This document shows, piece by piece, positions 18,558 through 27,303 of a DNA stretch of 40,650 nucleotides. The stretch's first letter is position 1; each line of letters begins with the position of its first letter. The notes under the pieces were generated by a model. It was not told where the DNA came from and did not search any database. It was given only the letters and a program-made list of their open reading frames with translations. The DNA lies in assembly GCA_003153015.1 (NCBI GenBank), contig PMBS01000073.1:21326-61975 (forward strand), written 5' to 3'. Source of the stretch: Myxococcales bacterium (GTDB lineage Bacteria; Myxococcota_A; Polyangia; Fen-1088). The translations under genes and the position numbers were made by a program.

Positions 18558-19793
18558 GTGATCCCCGTGAGTCACCGCCGACGAAAATCCCCGAAGAGGC
18601 GCACATCCCCCGCCGCGCCGAGAGTCCAGCATCGGCTCTGGCCCACGGCATTGGCGTCGGCCCTAGCGGTTCTGATTCTGGCGCCGATCGTCTCCAGGCT
18701 GGCCGGGACCGGCAACGACTACACCATTCATCGCAACATCGCTGTGGCGATGAAGGCCCATCTGACCCTCTACTCGCCCCACTTCCTGCTTCAGTTTCTC
18801 GTGCTGGCACTCAACTTCCTGCTGCCCGGCGATATCGACACAGCAATGATCGTCGTCAGCCTGCTGGCCTATGCCGCCACCGCGGCGATCGTTGTCCGGC
18901 TCATCCTGCACCGTACTTCATCACCTGCCGTCGCCCTCACCTTGACCCTCGCCCTGCTACTTGCCGCCTCCGTTGCGCTTCTCTTTCCGCTCGATCGGCA
19001 CCTGTACCGCGGGTACATCCCGGCCAACGTGTTCCACAATCCAACCATGGTTTTGCTCAAACCGTTGGCACTGCTGTCGTTCGGCTACGCCGCCGCGGCC
19101 CTCTGGCCCGAGCAAGGCGAGAAGACCCACACCTTGATCGGCTGTGCCCTGCTAACCGTGGCCTGTGCCCTGGCGAAACCCAACTACACTGTCTGCATCC
19201 TACCGGCCCTGGCAAGTGTCGCAGCCAAGCGGGCGGCGTTTCGCTCGCAGATCGACTGGAAGCTGCTGCTATTGGGCTTCGTCGTGCCCGCCTGTGCGAC
19301 CCTCGTGTTCCAGTATCACTGGACCTTCAGCGACAGCCAGATTCCGGGTGTCCTGCCCGGAAGCAGCCACATTGTGTTCGCCCCACTGGCCGTGGTTCGG
19401 CGGCACTCCTCGTGGTTGGCGGTCAAGCTGCTTCTCTCGCTGCTTTTCCCCCTTTCAGTTCTCGCCATCAATTTCCGAAGGGCCAAGGAGGATTCCGCTT
19501 TGCTGCTGGCTTGGGTGCTTTTCGTTTTCGGCGCCGGGATGATGTACTTGCTGGCGGAAAGCGGGCCCAGAATGATTCACGGGAATATGCTCTGGAGCGC
19601 CCAGATCGCGGTCTTCATCCTCTTCGTCCAGTCTGCCGCCCACATCTCCGCGTATTTCGGTGGCGCCCTCACCACTGCCCCGCGCGGCGAACGAATGCGG
19701 GCGATGGCTAGCTTCGCCTGTCTCCTGCTCCACACCGCGTTTGGGATCGCCTTGTATTTCAGTGAGTACGCCCGGGTGGCAAGGTACTGGTAG
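18558..19793 (+). CDS. Polytopic membrane protein, possibly a GT-C-type glycosyltransferase
   Basis: About 10 hydrophobic segments; loop motifs NDY..H, NVFHNPT and AKPNY. The function is inferred only. Confidence 0.6.
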   Translation: MIPVSHRRRKSPKRRTSPAAPRVQHRLWPTALASALAVLILAPIVSRLAGTGNDYTIHRNIAVAMKAHLTLYSPHFLLQFLVLALNFLLPGDIDTAMIVVSLLAYAATAAIVVRLILHRTSSPAVALTLTLALLLAASVALLFPLDRHLYRGYIPANVFHNPTMVLLKPLALLSFGYAAAALWPEQGEKTHTLIGCALLTVACALAKPNYTVCILPALASVAAKRAAFRSQIDWKLLLLGFVVPACATLVFQYHWTFSDSQIPGVLPGSSHIVFAPLAVVRRHSSWLAVKLLLSLLFPLSVLAINFRRAKEDSALLLAWVLFVFGAGMMYLLAESGPRMIHGNMLWSAQIAVFILFVQSAAHISAYFGGALTTAPRGERMRAMASFACLLLHTAFGIALYFSEYARVARYW

Positions 19794-20059
19794 ACCCTCT
19801 TCCTCGCCAGAACGCGCACCACGCCACCCCCCGCTTGAGAGGTCACGGGCAACTGGCTGGGGTGGCCGAACTGGAGGGCTTCGACGTGATCGTTCCGGAG
19901 GCCGCTGGGTAGGGGAGGCGGTGGCCAAGATCATTTCGATGGCGGGGTACAAGGGACTGCTCGAAGGACACAACGCGCCGTGGGCTGCATAGTGGTCTGC
20001 ATGGCCTTTTGGACACTCTGAGATGCATGAGGACAGAAGCGAAAGAATCACCCAACCCC

Positions 20060-20088
20060 TTGACCGAAAGGAGGTTTCCGCTTAAACC
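20060..20088 (+). promoter_or_regulatory. Sigma-70-type promoter of tRNA-Gly
   Basis: TTGACC-N17-TAAACC ending 11 bp before the tRNA. Confidence 0.6.
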
Positions 20089-20099
20089 AAGTCACCTCT

Positions 20100-20174
20100 G
20101 CGGGCGTAACTCAGTGGTAGAGTGTCACCTTGCCAAGGTGAACGTCGAGGGTTCAAGTCCCTTCGCCCGCTCCA
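20100..20174 (+). tRNA. tRNA-Gly (anticodon GCC)
   Basis: Acceptor stem GCGGGCG/CGCCCGC, D arm ACTCAGTGGTAGAGT, anticodon arm TCACC-TTGCCAA-GGTGA, T arm GAGGG-TTCAAGT-CCCTT, U discriminator and encoded CCA. Confidence 0.98.
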
Positions 20175-20396
20175 ACTAACCTTCCTAAATCACGCGGTTT
20201 TCTTCTCCACCTCAGCCAGGGCGTGGACTACGTTCGGTAGCCAGCACGGGTGCAACGCCCAAACCAGCACTGTTCCGCGGGGCTACCAGGATGCGGTTTC
20301 CTCGCAGGCCGCGAAGATTCTCGACAGCACTACGATAGCCGCAAAAGGTCGTGGTAACGGCCGTGGCCGGAGTAATCCCTTTCCCCGCCGCGCTGC

Positions 20397-21677
20397 CTAG
20401 CGTCTGCTGCTCGGTCCGACCGTCAGCAGACTGGCTCGCTCGACAACCGTCAGCATCACGTACACGAAGGACTCCCGCCCATGCCAGGAGAATTTTGGCG
20501 CCGACAGATGTTGGGCCCGTTCGCTGTAGCGCGCCCCAACTTCCAACACAAAATGCCGTGAAGCCTGGAAACGGAACGGCAGCCGCGCCATGAACATGGT
20601 TTCGTCCGGATCCCCGGGCAGTGGGTGGCGGGTCAAATTGGTCGACACCATGCCGGACAGTTCAGCGCGCCAGCGCGGACCCAAAGCGGCTCCGACGCTG
20701 GTGTTGCCCTGACCGCGGAGAACGCCGGTGCGAAGCACTGGATCAAGGTTCCAGCTGGCAGCACCGGACAGGTCGCCACGTACTCCTAGACTGCGCGATT
20801 GATACAACAACGAGGCGAGCCTGGCTCCGCCGATCGGCGCGACGGGTGTGAAGGAGTTCGTGGTGCATGGATCAGCAAACAGGCGAGCGATGACCACACC
20901 GGCTTGTAGCTCCAAGCGGTGGCGCCGGTTTAGCTCGCTTCGCCAAGCGACCTGCGGCTGCCAGGCCAGAGCGGAAAATCCTGAAGCTGAAGCCAGGCTC
21001 CCGCTGGCGTTGCTGGCCTGAACAATGTTGTAAGTCAGGTCGGCGCGCAGGAGCAGCGTGTTCCGGCGGGAGAGCGCGTAGCTGAGCTGGGGCTCGAAGC
21101 CTAGTCTGGTCTGCTCCGGCAGCGACGTGGCGCCACTGGCCGCGCCTGTGGTCGGCGCCGTGGTTGAGTCGAGGGTGCGCCAGTTCAGCAGTGAAAGCCC
21201 TGCCTGCAGCGACGTGCGCCGCGACGCTCGCCAGGCAAGTCTGGCGCTGCCTTGCAGACTGAGGATGCGAGTTGCCGCCGGTAGGGTGGCTTGCCCGGGC
21301 AGGGCCTGGCCTAGGTAGGCGTAGTCCACTTCACCGTACGACCCGTCCGCCTGCAAAACCAACTCGGTACGCCGGTTGGGGCGGTCGCGGTAATTGAACC
21401 CGAAGACGTGCAAGACCAGCGGTCGAATCTGGTCGTTGGGGGACGGATCGCGCCACAGCAGCCGGGGCGCGTACCGGAGCGAGCTTTCGCCTTGGGCCGT
21501 GGTCCAATACAAATCGGCGTCTGCAGTGAGCAGCGCCATAAGAAAGGTGGAGGGTGATTCACCGGACAGAAGCGGCGCCTGCCCCGCCCGCAGCTCGGCC
21601 TGGGCGCCTGCCCCGACTTGCAGATCGCCGGCAGCAAACAGGAGCGCGAATATCGCGACCGGTCCAGCGGCAGGCAA
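20397..21677 (-). CDS. Putative outer-membrane beta-barrel for polysaccharide export (EpsX/Wzp-like)
   Basis: Signal-like N-terminus, many amphipathic strands with alternating aromatic/hydrophobic residues, and a position 5 bp downstream of the OPX-containing gene. The assignment rests on pattern and context. Confidence 0.65.
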   Translation of the reverse strand: MPAAGPVAIFALLFAAGDLQVGAGAQAELRAGQAPLLSGESPSTFLMALLTADADLYWTTAQGESSLRYAPRLLWRDPSPNDQIRPLVLHVFGFNYRDRPNRRTELVLQADGSYGEVDYAYLGQALPGQATLPAATRILSLQGSARLAWRASRRTSLQAGLSLLNWRTLDSTTAPTTGAASGATSLPEQTRLGFEPQLSYALSRRNTLLLRADLTYNIVQASNASGSLASASGFSALAWQPQVAWRSELNRRHRLELQAGVVIARLFADPCTTNSFTPVAPIGGARLASLLYQSRSLGVRGDLSGAASWNLDPVLRTGVLRGQGNTSVGAALGPRWRAELSGMVSTNLTRHPLPGDPDETMFMARLPFRFQASRHFVLEVGARYSERAQHLSAPKFSWHGRESFVYVMLTVVERASLLTVGPSSRR

Positions 21678-21682
21678 CGGAC

Positions 21683-24244
21683 CTACTCCACGACGACTGC
21701 ATCGCCGTCGGCAAGGTGGAAGCCGACGGCGTGCGACTCGGCTCCGGTCAGGTCGCAGACTTTGAACCGAATCCGCGTCTCATGTCCGGCCTTGCGGACC
21801 ACGAAGACGCGATCGTCGTGCGCGAACTCCGTGAGCCAGCCGGCCGCGGCCAGGGCTGCCATCACGCCACGATCTCGCGTCAGTTCGTAGCTGCCCGGGG
21901 TTTTCACCTCACCCACAACGCCAACCCGGATGGGCGGGTTGCGCGCGATCCAAACCGAAACGACAGGCGCCACCACCAGTTCCTTGAGGCGATCTTCAAG
22001 CCTGCGTGCCACCTGGGCCGGCGTCTGTTCAGCCACCTTGATGCTGCCGACCATGGGCTCCAGGAAGTACCCATCATCGCGCACGACGAACTCGCCCGAG
22101 AGCGAAGGCTGCGCGACCACCTCGACCAAGATGGTGTCGCGCGCTCGGATGATCGGATTGGCGGGCTCCGGTGCGGCAGCAAGGTCTTGTACCCAGACGA
22201 ACTGCGGCTCATGCGCACAGCCCCCGGCCATGGTCAGCACGAGCAGCAGCACGGCCACGCCGGCATTGACCTGGGCGACCATGCGACGTAGACCGCCCAG
22301 TCCGACCATGAAAAGAGCGAAAACGCCCCCCAACGCCAGACCGATGGCGGAGCGGAGCAGCAGGGTCTGCTTTACGCCAATCCGCTCCAGCCGGGGCGGG
22401 ACCGCGATCTCGTAGCGTGAGGTGGCCGACACGCGCTCCAGCTCGAGCTGGACCTCGGCCTTGCGTAGCCGTTCGTAGAGCTGGCCGTGCAGACGCTTGG
22501 TCTCTTCTTGCCGGCGCGTCAGGTCCTCAATGCGCGCATCGATCTTGGGCTGGTTGCTGCTGACGTCGCGCAGGTTGCGCAGACTGCCTGCCACGAAGGC
22601 ACGCTCGGCGCGGGCCGCACTAAGCTGTGATTGTAGGTCGTCAATCTGGCCTCGCAAGGTCTCGTCAGTCGCGCTTAGTTGGCGATCCTGGCTGGTCGCC
22701 TCGCGGTGCAGCTGCTCATTCACCAAGTTTTCCATGTTCTTCTTTTCATCCAAGAGACGTCTGATCTCGGGGTGTCCATCTGCCAGTCCCTGGGCGCGCA
22801 ATTCGCCGAGCCGACGAGTCAGGGTAGCGAGCGCATCCCGATACGACTGCGCAGACTGTACCTTGACCTGGGTCAGATGACCGCCGCGGGCTAGCCGGCT
22901 GCGTACGGCAGCCATCTCGCCCTCCAGCCGCTGGACCTGGCCCGATAGCGAAATCCGACGCGATTCGAGTTCGGAGCGTGACTCGGGCGAGAGCGTGGCC
23001 TCGCCGACAAGCTGATCCACGTGGGATTCGCGGAATTTCACCGTCTCAGCCGCGATGTCCTGGAGTTCCTTCTCGGCCGCGGCAGTTTGTTTTTGCAAGA
23101 AGTCCACTTCGGCTACGAAGACCTTGATCTTCTTCTGGATCTCCGACCCAACGTAGTTCTTGAGGTGCGCATCGAGGAATTCTACCGGGTCGCGCTCATT
23201 CCGACTGAAGAATCCCTCGCGCAGCGTGCCCAGGTAGTCATGAATTCCTTGGTTCTCGAACTTGAGGTGGTTGGCGATGGCGTCCACCGCATTCTCGTCG
23301 GAAGAAGCGCCAAGCCCGGCCAGCGTGGTGCGGATAGCCTCGCGACTGGTGAAAGCCCGCTCCGCCCCGGCAAAGAACTGACGTGACTCTTGTTGCTGGC
23401 GCCCCTCCGGATCCACCGGATTGACGCTTGGTTCCGGGTGCAACGTTACCTCACAGAAGGCCGTGCGCGGGGGCGGCACGACGTAGAAGCTGGCGATTCC
23501 CAGAACCATGCCCAGGCCCGCGAACACGTTCAGGAAGAGCGCGTGCCTTCTGAGAAAGGCGGCGACGCGGATGAACCGTCGAACGATATCCTCCAGCGAT
23601 GGCTCGGTTTCCTCGTCGGACCGGATCATGCGACGGCCATCGATCGAGGAGTCGGTCACCAGCACGAAATTCGGAGCCGTACCCGAGCGGCGCAAGACCA
23701 GCGATCCGCGATTGCCAGGCGGCCACCTGGCCGGCATTCCCTGATCGGGCGGCGGCGCCCCATACGCCTCATTTGCATCCACCGGGGTACCTGCGTTGGA
23801 ACCGGGAAGGGGCACCCAATTGGGCGCCCAGCGAACCGAGGAAGGCGGAATCACTTCGCCCACGAAGCCAGCGTTCCCAGGCCCCGTGGGCATTCCGTTG
23901 GCGGGTGTCCGGCCGGTCGAAGCGCGAGGCTGAGACGACGGCACTGGCGGCTTCTGCTGTTGCGGGTTTCCGTAGGGAGGCGTGGCGATCCGCTCTGCCG
24001 TTCCCGACGGCGCGGCTACATTGTTGGCGGAGGAGGTCTTGACGCCAGAATTGGGCGTTGTCACGCGCGCGCCACCCACAGGCACGCCCCCGGCCGGCGA
24101 CCCATTGCGCCTGGGCTCGGCCGAAGTTGGCGGGTCGGTGGCATTGCCCGGGGCAGACACATCCGGCCCGGTCGGTTCGCGAGAATCTGCCGCCGCAGCG
24201 TCAACCGGTGCGCTTTCATCTCGCGAAGACCCATCCCGATTCAT
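21683..24244 (-). CDS. Fused polysaccharide co-polymerase (Wzc/PCP-like, no kinase domain) and short OPX (Wza-like Poly_export + SLBB)
   Basis: TM1 (FLNVFAGLGMVLGIASFYVVPP), long coiled coil with GHPEIRRL and RYEIAVPP, TM2, then VAVLLLVLTMAGGC, then OPX motifs IRARDTILVEV, VRDDGYFLEPMVGSIKVA, VVGEVKTPGSY, ALAAAGWLTEFA, LADGDAVVVE. Confidence 0.85.
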   Translation of the reverse strand: MNRDGSSRDESAPVDAAAADSREPTGPDVSAPGNATDPPTSAEPRRNGSPAGGVPVGGARVTTPNSGVKTSSANNVAAPSGTAERIATPPYGNPQQQKPPVPSSQPRASTGRTPANGMPTGPGNAGFVGEVIPPSSVRWAPNWVPLPGSNAGTPVDANEAYGAPPPDQGMPARWPPGNRGSLVLRRSGTAPNFVLVTDSSIDGRRMIRSDEETEPSLEDIVRRFIRVAAFLRRHALFLNVFAGLGMVLGIASFYVVPPPRTAFCEVTLHPEPSVNPVDPEGRQQQESRQFFAGAERAFTSREAIRTTLAGLGASSDENAVDAIANHLKFENQGIHDYLGTLREGFFSRNERDPVEFLDAHLKNYVGSEIQKKIKVFVAEVDFLQKQTAAAEKELQDIAAETVKFRESHVDQLVGEATLSPESRSELESRRISLSGQVQRLEGEMAAVRSRLARGGHLTQVKVQSAQSYRDALATLTRRLGELRAQGLADGHPEIRRLLDEKKNMENLVNEQLHREATSQDRQLSATDETLRGQIDDLQSQLSAARAERAFVAGSLRNLRDVSSNQPKIDARIEDLTRRQEETKRLHGQLYERLRKAEVQLELERVSATSRYEIAVPPRLERIGVKQTLLLRSAIGLALGGVFALFMVGLGGLRRMVAQVNAGVAVLLLVLTMAGGCAHEPQFVWVQDLAAAPEPANPIIRARDTILVEVVAQPSLSGEFVVRDDGYFLEPMVGSIKVAEQTPAQVARRLEDRLKELVVAPVVSVWIARNPPIRVGVVGEVKTPGSYELTRDRGVMAALAAAGWLTEFAHDDRVFVVRKAGHETRIRFKVCDLTGAESHAVGFHLADGDAVVVE

Positions 24245-24259
24245 GACAGACCAAGTTTC

Positions 24260-24946
24260 TTAGCACATGGCGTGGAAGCCCACAAAGGGCCGTTCGGGCC
24301 CTGACGCGGGCTCGCCCCGGTTGGGCACCACGACCGCCGCGAGTATGATGCGGTCATGCCTGGCGAAGCGGCCGACACAGCGTCGCATGTCGGGGGGAAG
24401 ATTCTCCACCTGAACGACTACCTCGGCCACGAAGCCGTCCTCAGCAGGGGCCACGTCCACATGGATATCCCGGAAATCCAGTGGCTGGCCTGCGCTGGGG
24501 AGCACCGCCTTCAAAGTCGCTTCCTTCGCGACGAACGCCAGTTTTGCCAGGTGGCCTGCTCTGGTATTCCCGTCCAACCGTCGTTTCTCCGCGCCGGTGA
24601 GAACAAAGTCCCAGAGCGCAGGCGCCAGCGAATCGGCGCCCTCCGCGTCGATCCCCAGCGCGACCACGTCCTGGCGTGCGGCTACGGCCACCCCACAGAA
24701 GCCCGCCGGACCCGCGTGGGTGTGCGTGATCGAGCCCACCAGGCCCGCGGGCCACAGCGGCGCCCCATTCGGTCCTGCCAGCAAGGGAAGTCCGGTGACA
24801 CCCAAGCGCGCGAGTGCCCGGCGCGCGCATTGACGCCCGATCGCGAACTCACGGCGGCGGCGTTCGACCGCGCGCTCGACCAGCGCCGCTTCCGCCGGAT
24901 GCATTGCTTCGGCTGGACCCAGAAGGTCACACTCCTCAGTCACCAC
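24260..24946 (-). CDS. 4'-phosphopantetheinyl transferase (EntD/Sfp/PptT-like)
   Basis: AVERRRREFAIGRQCARRAL, GAPLWPAGLVGSITHT, LGIDAE, FVAKEATLKA. The start is uncertain (about 24946-24990; track start 25051). Confidence 0.9.
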   Translation of the reverse strand: MVTEECDLLGPAEAMHPAEAALVERAVERRRREFAIGRQCARRALARLGVTGLPLLAGPNGAPLWPAGLVGSITHTHAGPAGFCGVAVAARQDVVALGIDAEGADSLAPALWDFVLTGAEKRRLDGNTRAGHLAKLAFVAKEATLKAVLPSAGQPLDFRDIHVDVAPAEDGFVAEVVVQVENLPPDMRRCVGRFARHDRIILAAVVVPNRGEPASGPERPFVGFHAMC

Positions 24947-24987
24947 GCGTGCATCCGCGAGTAACTCAGACAGGCGCGGGATTCTGC

Positions 24988-26400
24988 CTAGCGAGCGTTC
25001 CGACGCGACGTCGCGTCGAAGATGGTGCGCAGAATAATCTTGAGATCCCAAAGCAGATTCCAGTCCCGGATGTAGGCGAGGTCATGTTGAACCCTCTGCT
25101 GCATTTTCTCCAGTTCCAGGGTGTCGCCACGCCAGCCGTTCACTTGCGCCCAGCCCGTGATCCCGGGTTTCACCTTGTGTCGCAGCATATAACCTTCGAT
25201 CAACCCGCGGTATTCCTCATTGTGCGCGATTGCATGCGGCCGCGGTCCAACGATGGAGAGCTCGCCGGTCATGACCTGCAGGAATTGAGGCAGCTCATCA
25301 AGAGACCAGCGACGCAGCAAGCGCCCGATCGGAGTGATCCGTGGGTCGTCTTTCTCGACCTGTTTGATGTAGGGGCCGTCCTCGCAGACCGTCATGGTCC
25401 TGAACTTGAGCACACGGATTGGCTTGCCGTTTAGTCCATAGCGGCGCTGGCGGAAGAACACCGGTCCTTTTGATGAGAGCTTGACGAGAAGCGCGATGAG
25501 CAGCATGGGCAACGCGCTGACGCCCAAGATGAGCAGGCCGAGGACGAGATCCTCCATTCGCTTGAGCCAACCCACCACCCCCTGGAAGGGAGTATCGTGG
25601 ATACTGACCACGGGAATGCCGCCCACCTCACCCCAACGCGCGCGCAGCATGGCGTAGGCGAAGAAATCCGCGATGAGGTAGACGGTGACCGTGGTGTCAG
25701 TCAGCGCGCGGAAGAGAAGGGAGTAGCGAGCCTCCGCCCGCATGGGGAGCGCCACGTAGATTATGTCGATGGCACCTTCGCGAGCGCAACGCAGAAGATC
25801 GTCAAACCCACCCAGCACGTGGCAGTCCACCCGGTCGATGGGGTGGCGCCGGTCATCCCCACGGTCGTCGAAGATTCCTATCAGTCTCATTCCCAGCCAG
25901 GGCTTCTGCTCCAAGACCTGTGCCATCCGCTCTGCCTCGGGCGTGGCGCCCGCGATGGCAACCCAGCGCAGGTTGCGCCCACGGGCGCGCGCCATCCGAA
26001 GAGTCAGGCGTACGCCGACGCGCAGGCTGCACAGGAATGTCGGCGCCAGCATGAACCAAACGAAAGACACGACGCGTGAGTACTCGGCCGACGTCTTGGT
26101 GATGAAGCCATACAGTATGAGGGCCACGGGCACGGCGATCCAGGTGACAAGCACATCGCCCACCTCGCGCGAGAGGGATTCCGTGCGCCAAGGTCGGTAA
26201 AGCCCGCCGAACTCGGCGATGAATCCGAAGACCAGCACGCCGAGTAAAGTGGCTCCTGTCATTGGGAGGCGCCAGTCTTCCCGATACAGCCCACAGGCGA
26301 AGAACTGTGCTAGTGCTATGAGTCCAGCATCAGCAACCCGCTGAAACGCACCCACGAGGTTTTCATTTCGGCGAAGCGGACCAGACGTATCGGATTTCAT
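24988..26400 (-). CDS. wcaJ: Undecaprenyl-phosphate glucose phosphotransferase (priming glycosyltransferase)
   Basis: N-terminal TMs, CoA-binding-like middle domain, KRMEDL, GPVFFRQRRYG, KFRTM, DDPRIT, SLDELPQF, VGPRPHA, KVKPGITGWAQVNGWRG. Confidence 0.93.
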   Translation of the reverse strand: MKSDTSGPLRRNENLVGAFQRVADAGLIALAQFFACGLYREDWRLPMTGATLLGVLVFGFIAEFGGLYRPWRTESLSREVGDVLVTWIAVPVALILYGFITKTSAEYSRVVSFVWFMLAPTFLCSLRVGVRLTLRMARARGRNLRWVAIAGATPEAERMAQVLEQKPWLGMRLIGIFDDRGDDRRHPIDRVDCHVLGGFDDLLRCAREGAIDIIYVALPMRAEARYSLLFRALTDTTVTVYLIADFFAYAMLRARWGEVGGIPVVSIHDTPFQGVVGWLKRMEDLVLGLLILGVSALPMLLIALLVKLSSKGPVFFRQRRYGLNGKPIRVLKFRTMTVCEDGPYIKQVEKDDPRITPIGRLLRRWSLDELPQFLQVMTGELSIVGPRPHAIAHNEEYRGLIEGYMLRHKVKPGITGWAQVNGWRGDTLELEKMQQRVQHDLAYIRDWNLLWDLKIILRTIFDATSRRNAR

Positions 26401-26461
26401 AAATATTCCCCCCACACGTGAGATGACCGAGGTAGCAAGAGCAAACTACTAGGGCAAGGTG

Positions 26462-26491
26462 AGCGTACATGCGGAGGAGGATTTGTGTCAA
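26462..26491 (-). promoter_or_regulatory. Candidate sigma-70 promoter for the wcaJ-PPTase-PCP/OPX-barrel operon
   Basis: Minus strand TTGACA-N18-TACGCT, about 60 bp upstream of the wcaJ ATG. Confidence 0.5.
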
Positions 26492-26613
26492 CCGACAACG
26501 TTCTGACATTTCTGGGGTGTCCATGCTGGATCGCGTCGGAAGTTCATCTCTGCCACGACGTTGCGCGGATGACATGCAACCGCAAGTCTCCGAAAAGTGC
26601 GATTCGTGGCGCG

Positions 26614-26629
26614 TGGCGCTGTATCTGCT
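26614..26629 (+). promoter_or_regulatory. Candidate sigma-54 promoter before the GT4 pseudogene
   Basis: TGGCGCTGTATCTGCT has GG-N10-GC spacing, 17 bp before ATG 26647. Confidence 0.3.
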
Positions 26630-26646
26630 AGGCTGAGCGCTTCTTC

Positions 26647-27253
26647 ATGAGAGTCGGCTATCTTGTCAACCAGTACCCGAAGATCAGCCACACGTTTATC
26701 CGTAGTGAAATCAAATCATTGGAAGACGCTGGCATTCAAGTCGTTCGCTATTCAATGAGGCGGACGAAAGAGAAGCTGGTTGACCAGTTGGACATAGGCG
26801 AGATGCAGCAAACCCGCGCTGTGCTCGACTCGGGGGCGGGACGTCTTCTGCTAGGCGCACTGCGCTTTTTCCTAACTTCACCGCGTCTTTTTCTGCGCGC
26901 CCTGGTGGTGTCGTTGCGCTTCGGGAGGAGATCAGATCGTGGCACGCTGAGACACCTCATCTATCTCGGTCGAAGCCTGTCTGCTCGTGGATTGGATGAG
27001 GCGGGACGGCGTGGAACATCTGCACGCTCATTTCGTCACCAACTCGGCCACGGTGGCGCTGCTGGCGCGGGAGCTGGGAGGTCCGCCGTTCAGCTTCACT
27101 GCGCACGGTACTGATGACTTCGACTGCCCGCCGCTGTGGTCGCTCAGGGAGAAGATTGAGCGTGCGGCCTTTGTGGTGGCAGTCAGCAGCTTCGGCCGCA
27201 GTCAACTTCTGCGTTGGTGCGGGCGCCAACACTGGCCGAAGATCCACGCCTAA
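26647..27253 (+). pseudogene. Frameshifted and truncated GT4 (WcaL-like) glycosyltransferase
   Basis: MRVGYLVNQYPKISHTFIR aligns with the intact paralog at 33006. An extra base near 26968 shifts the frame (restored YLVEACLLVDWMRRDGVEHLHAHF), and it stops at WPKIHA with the whole C-terminal domain absent. Confidence 0.88.
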
Positions 27254-27303
27254 CATCACGACGCTGGGCGCAATGGCCGCCAGATGGCCGGCCTGCTGCG
27301 CGC

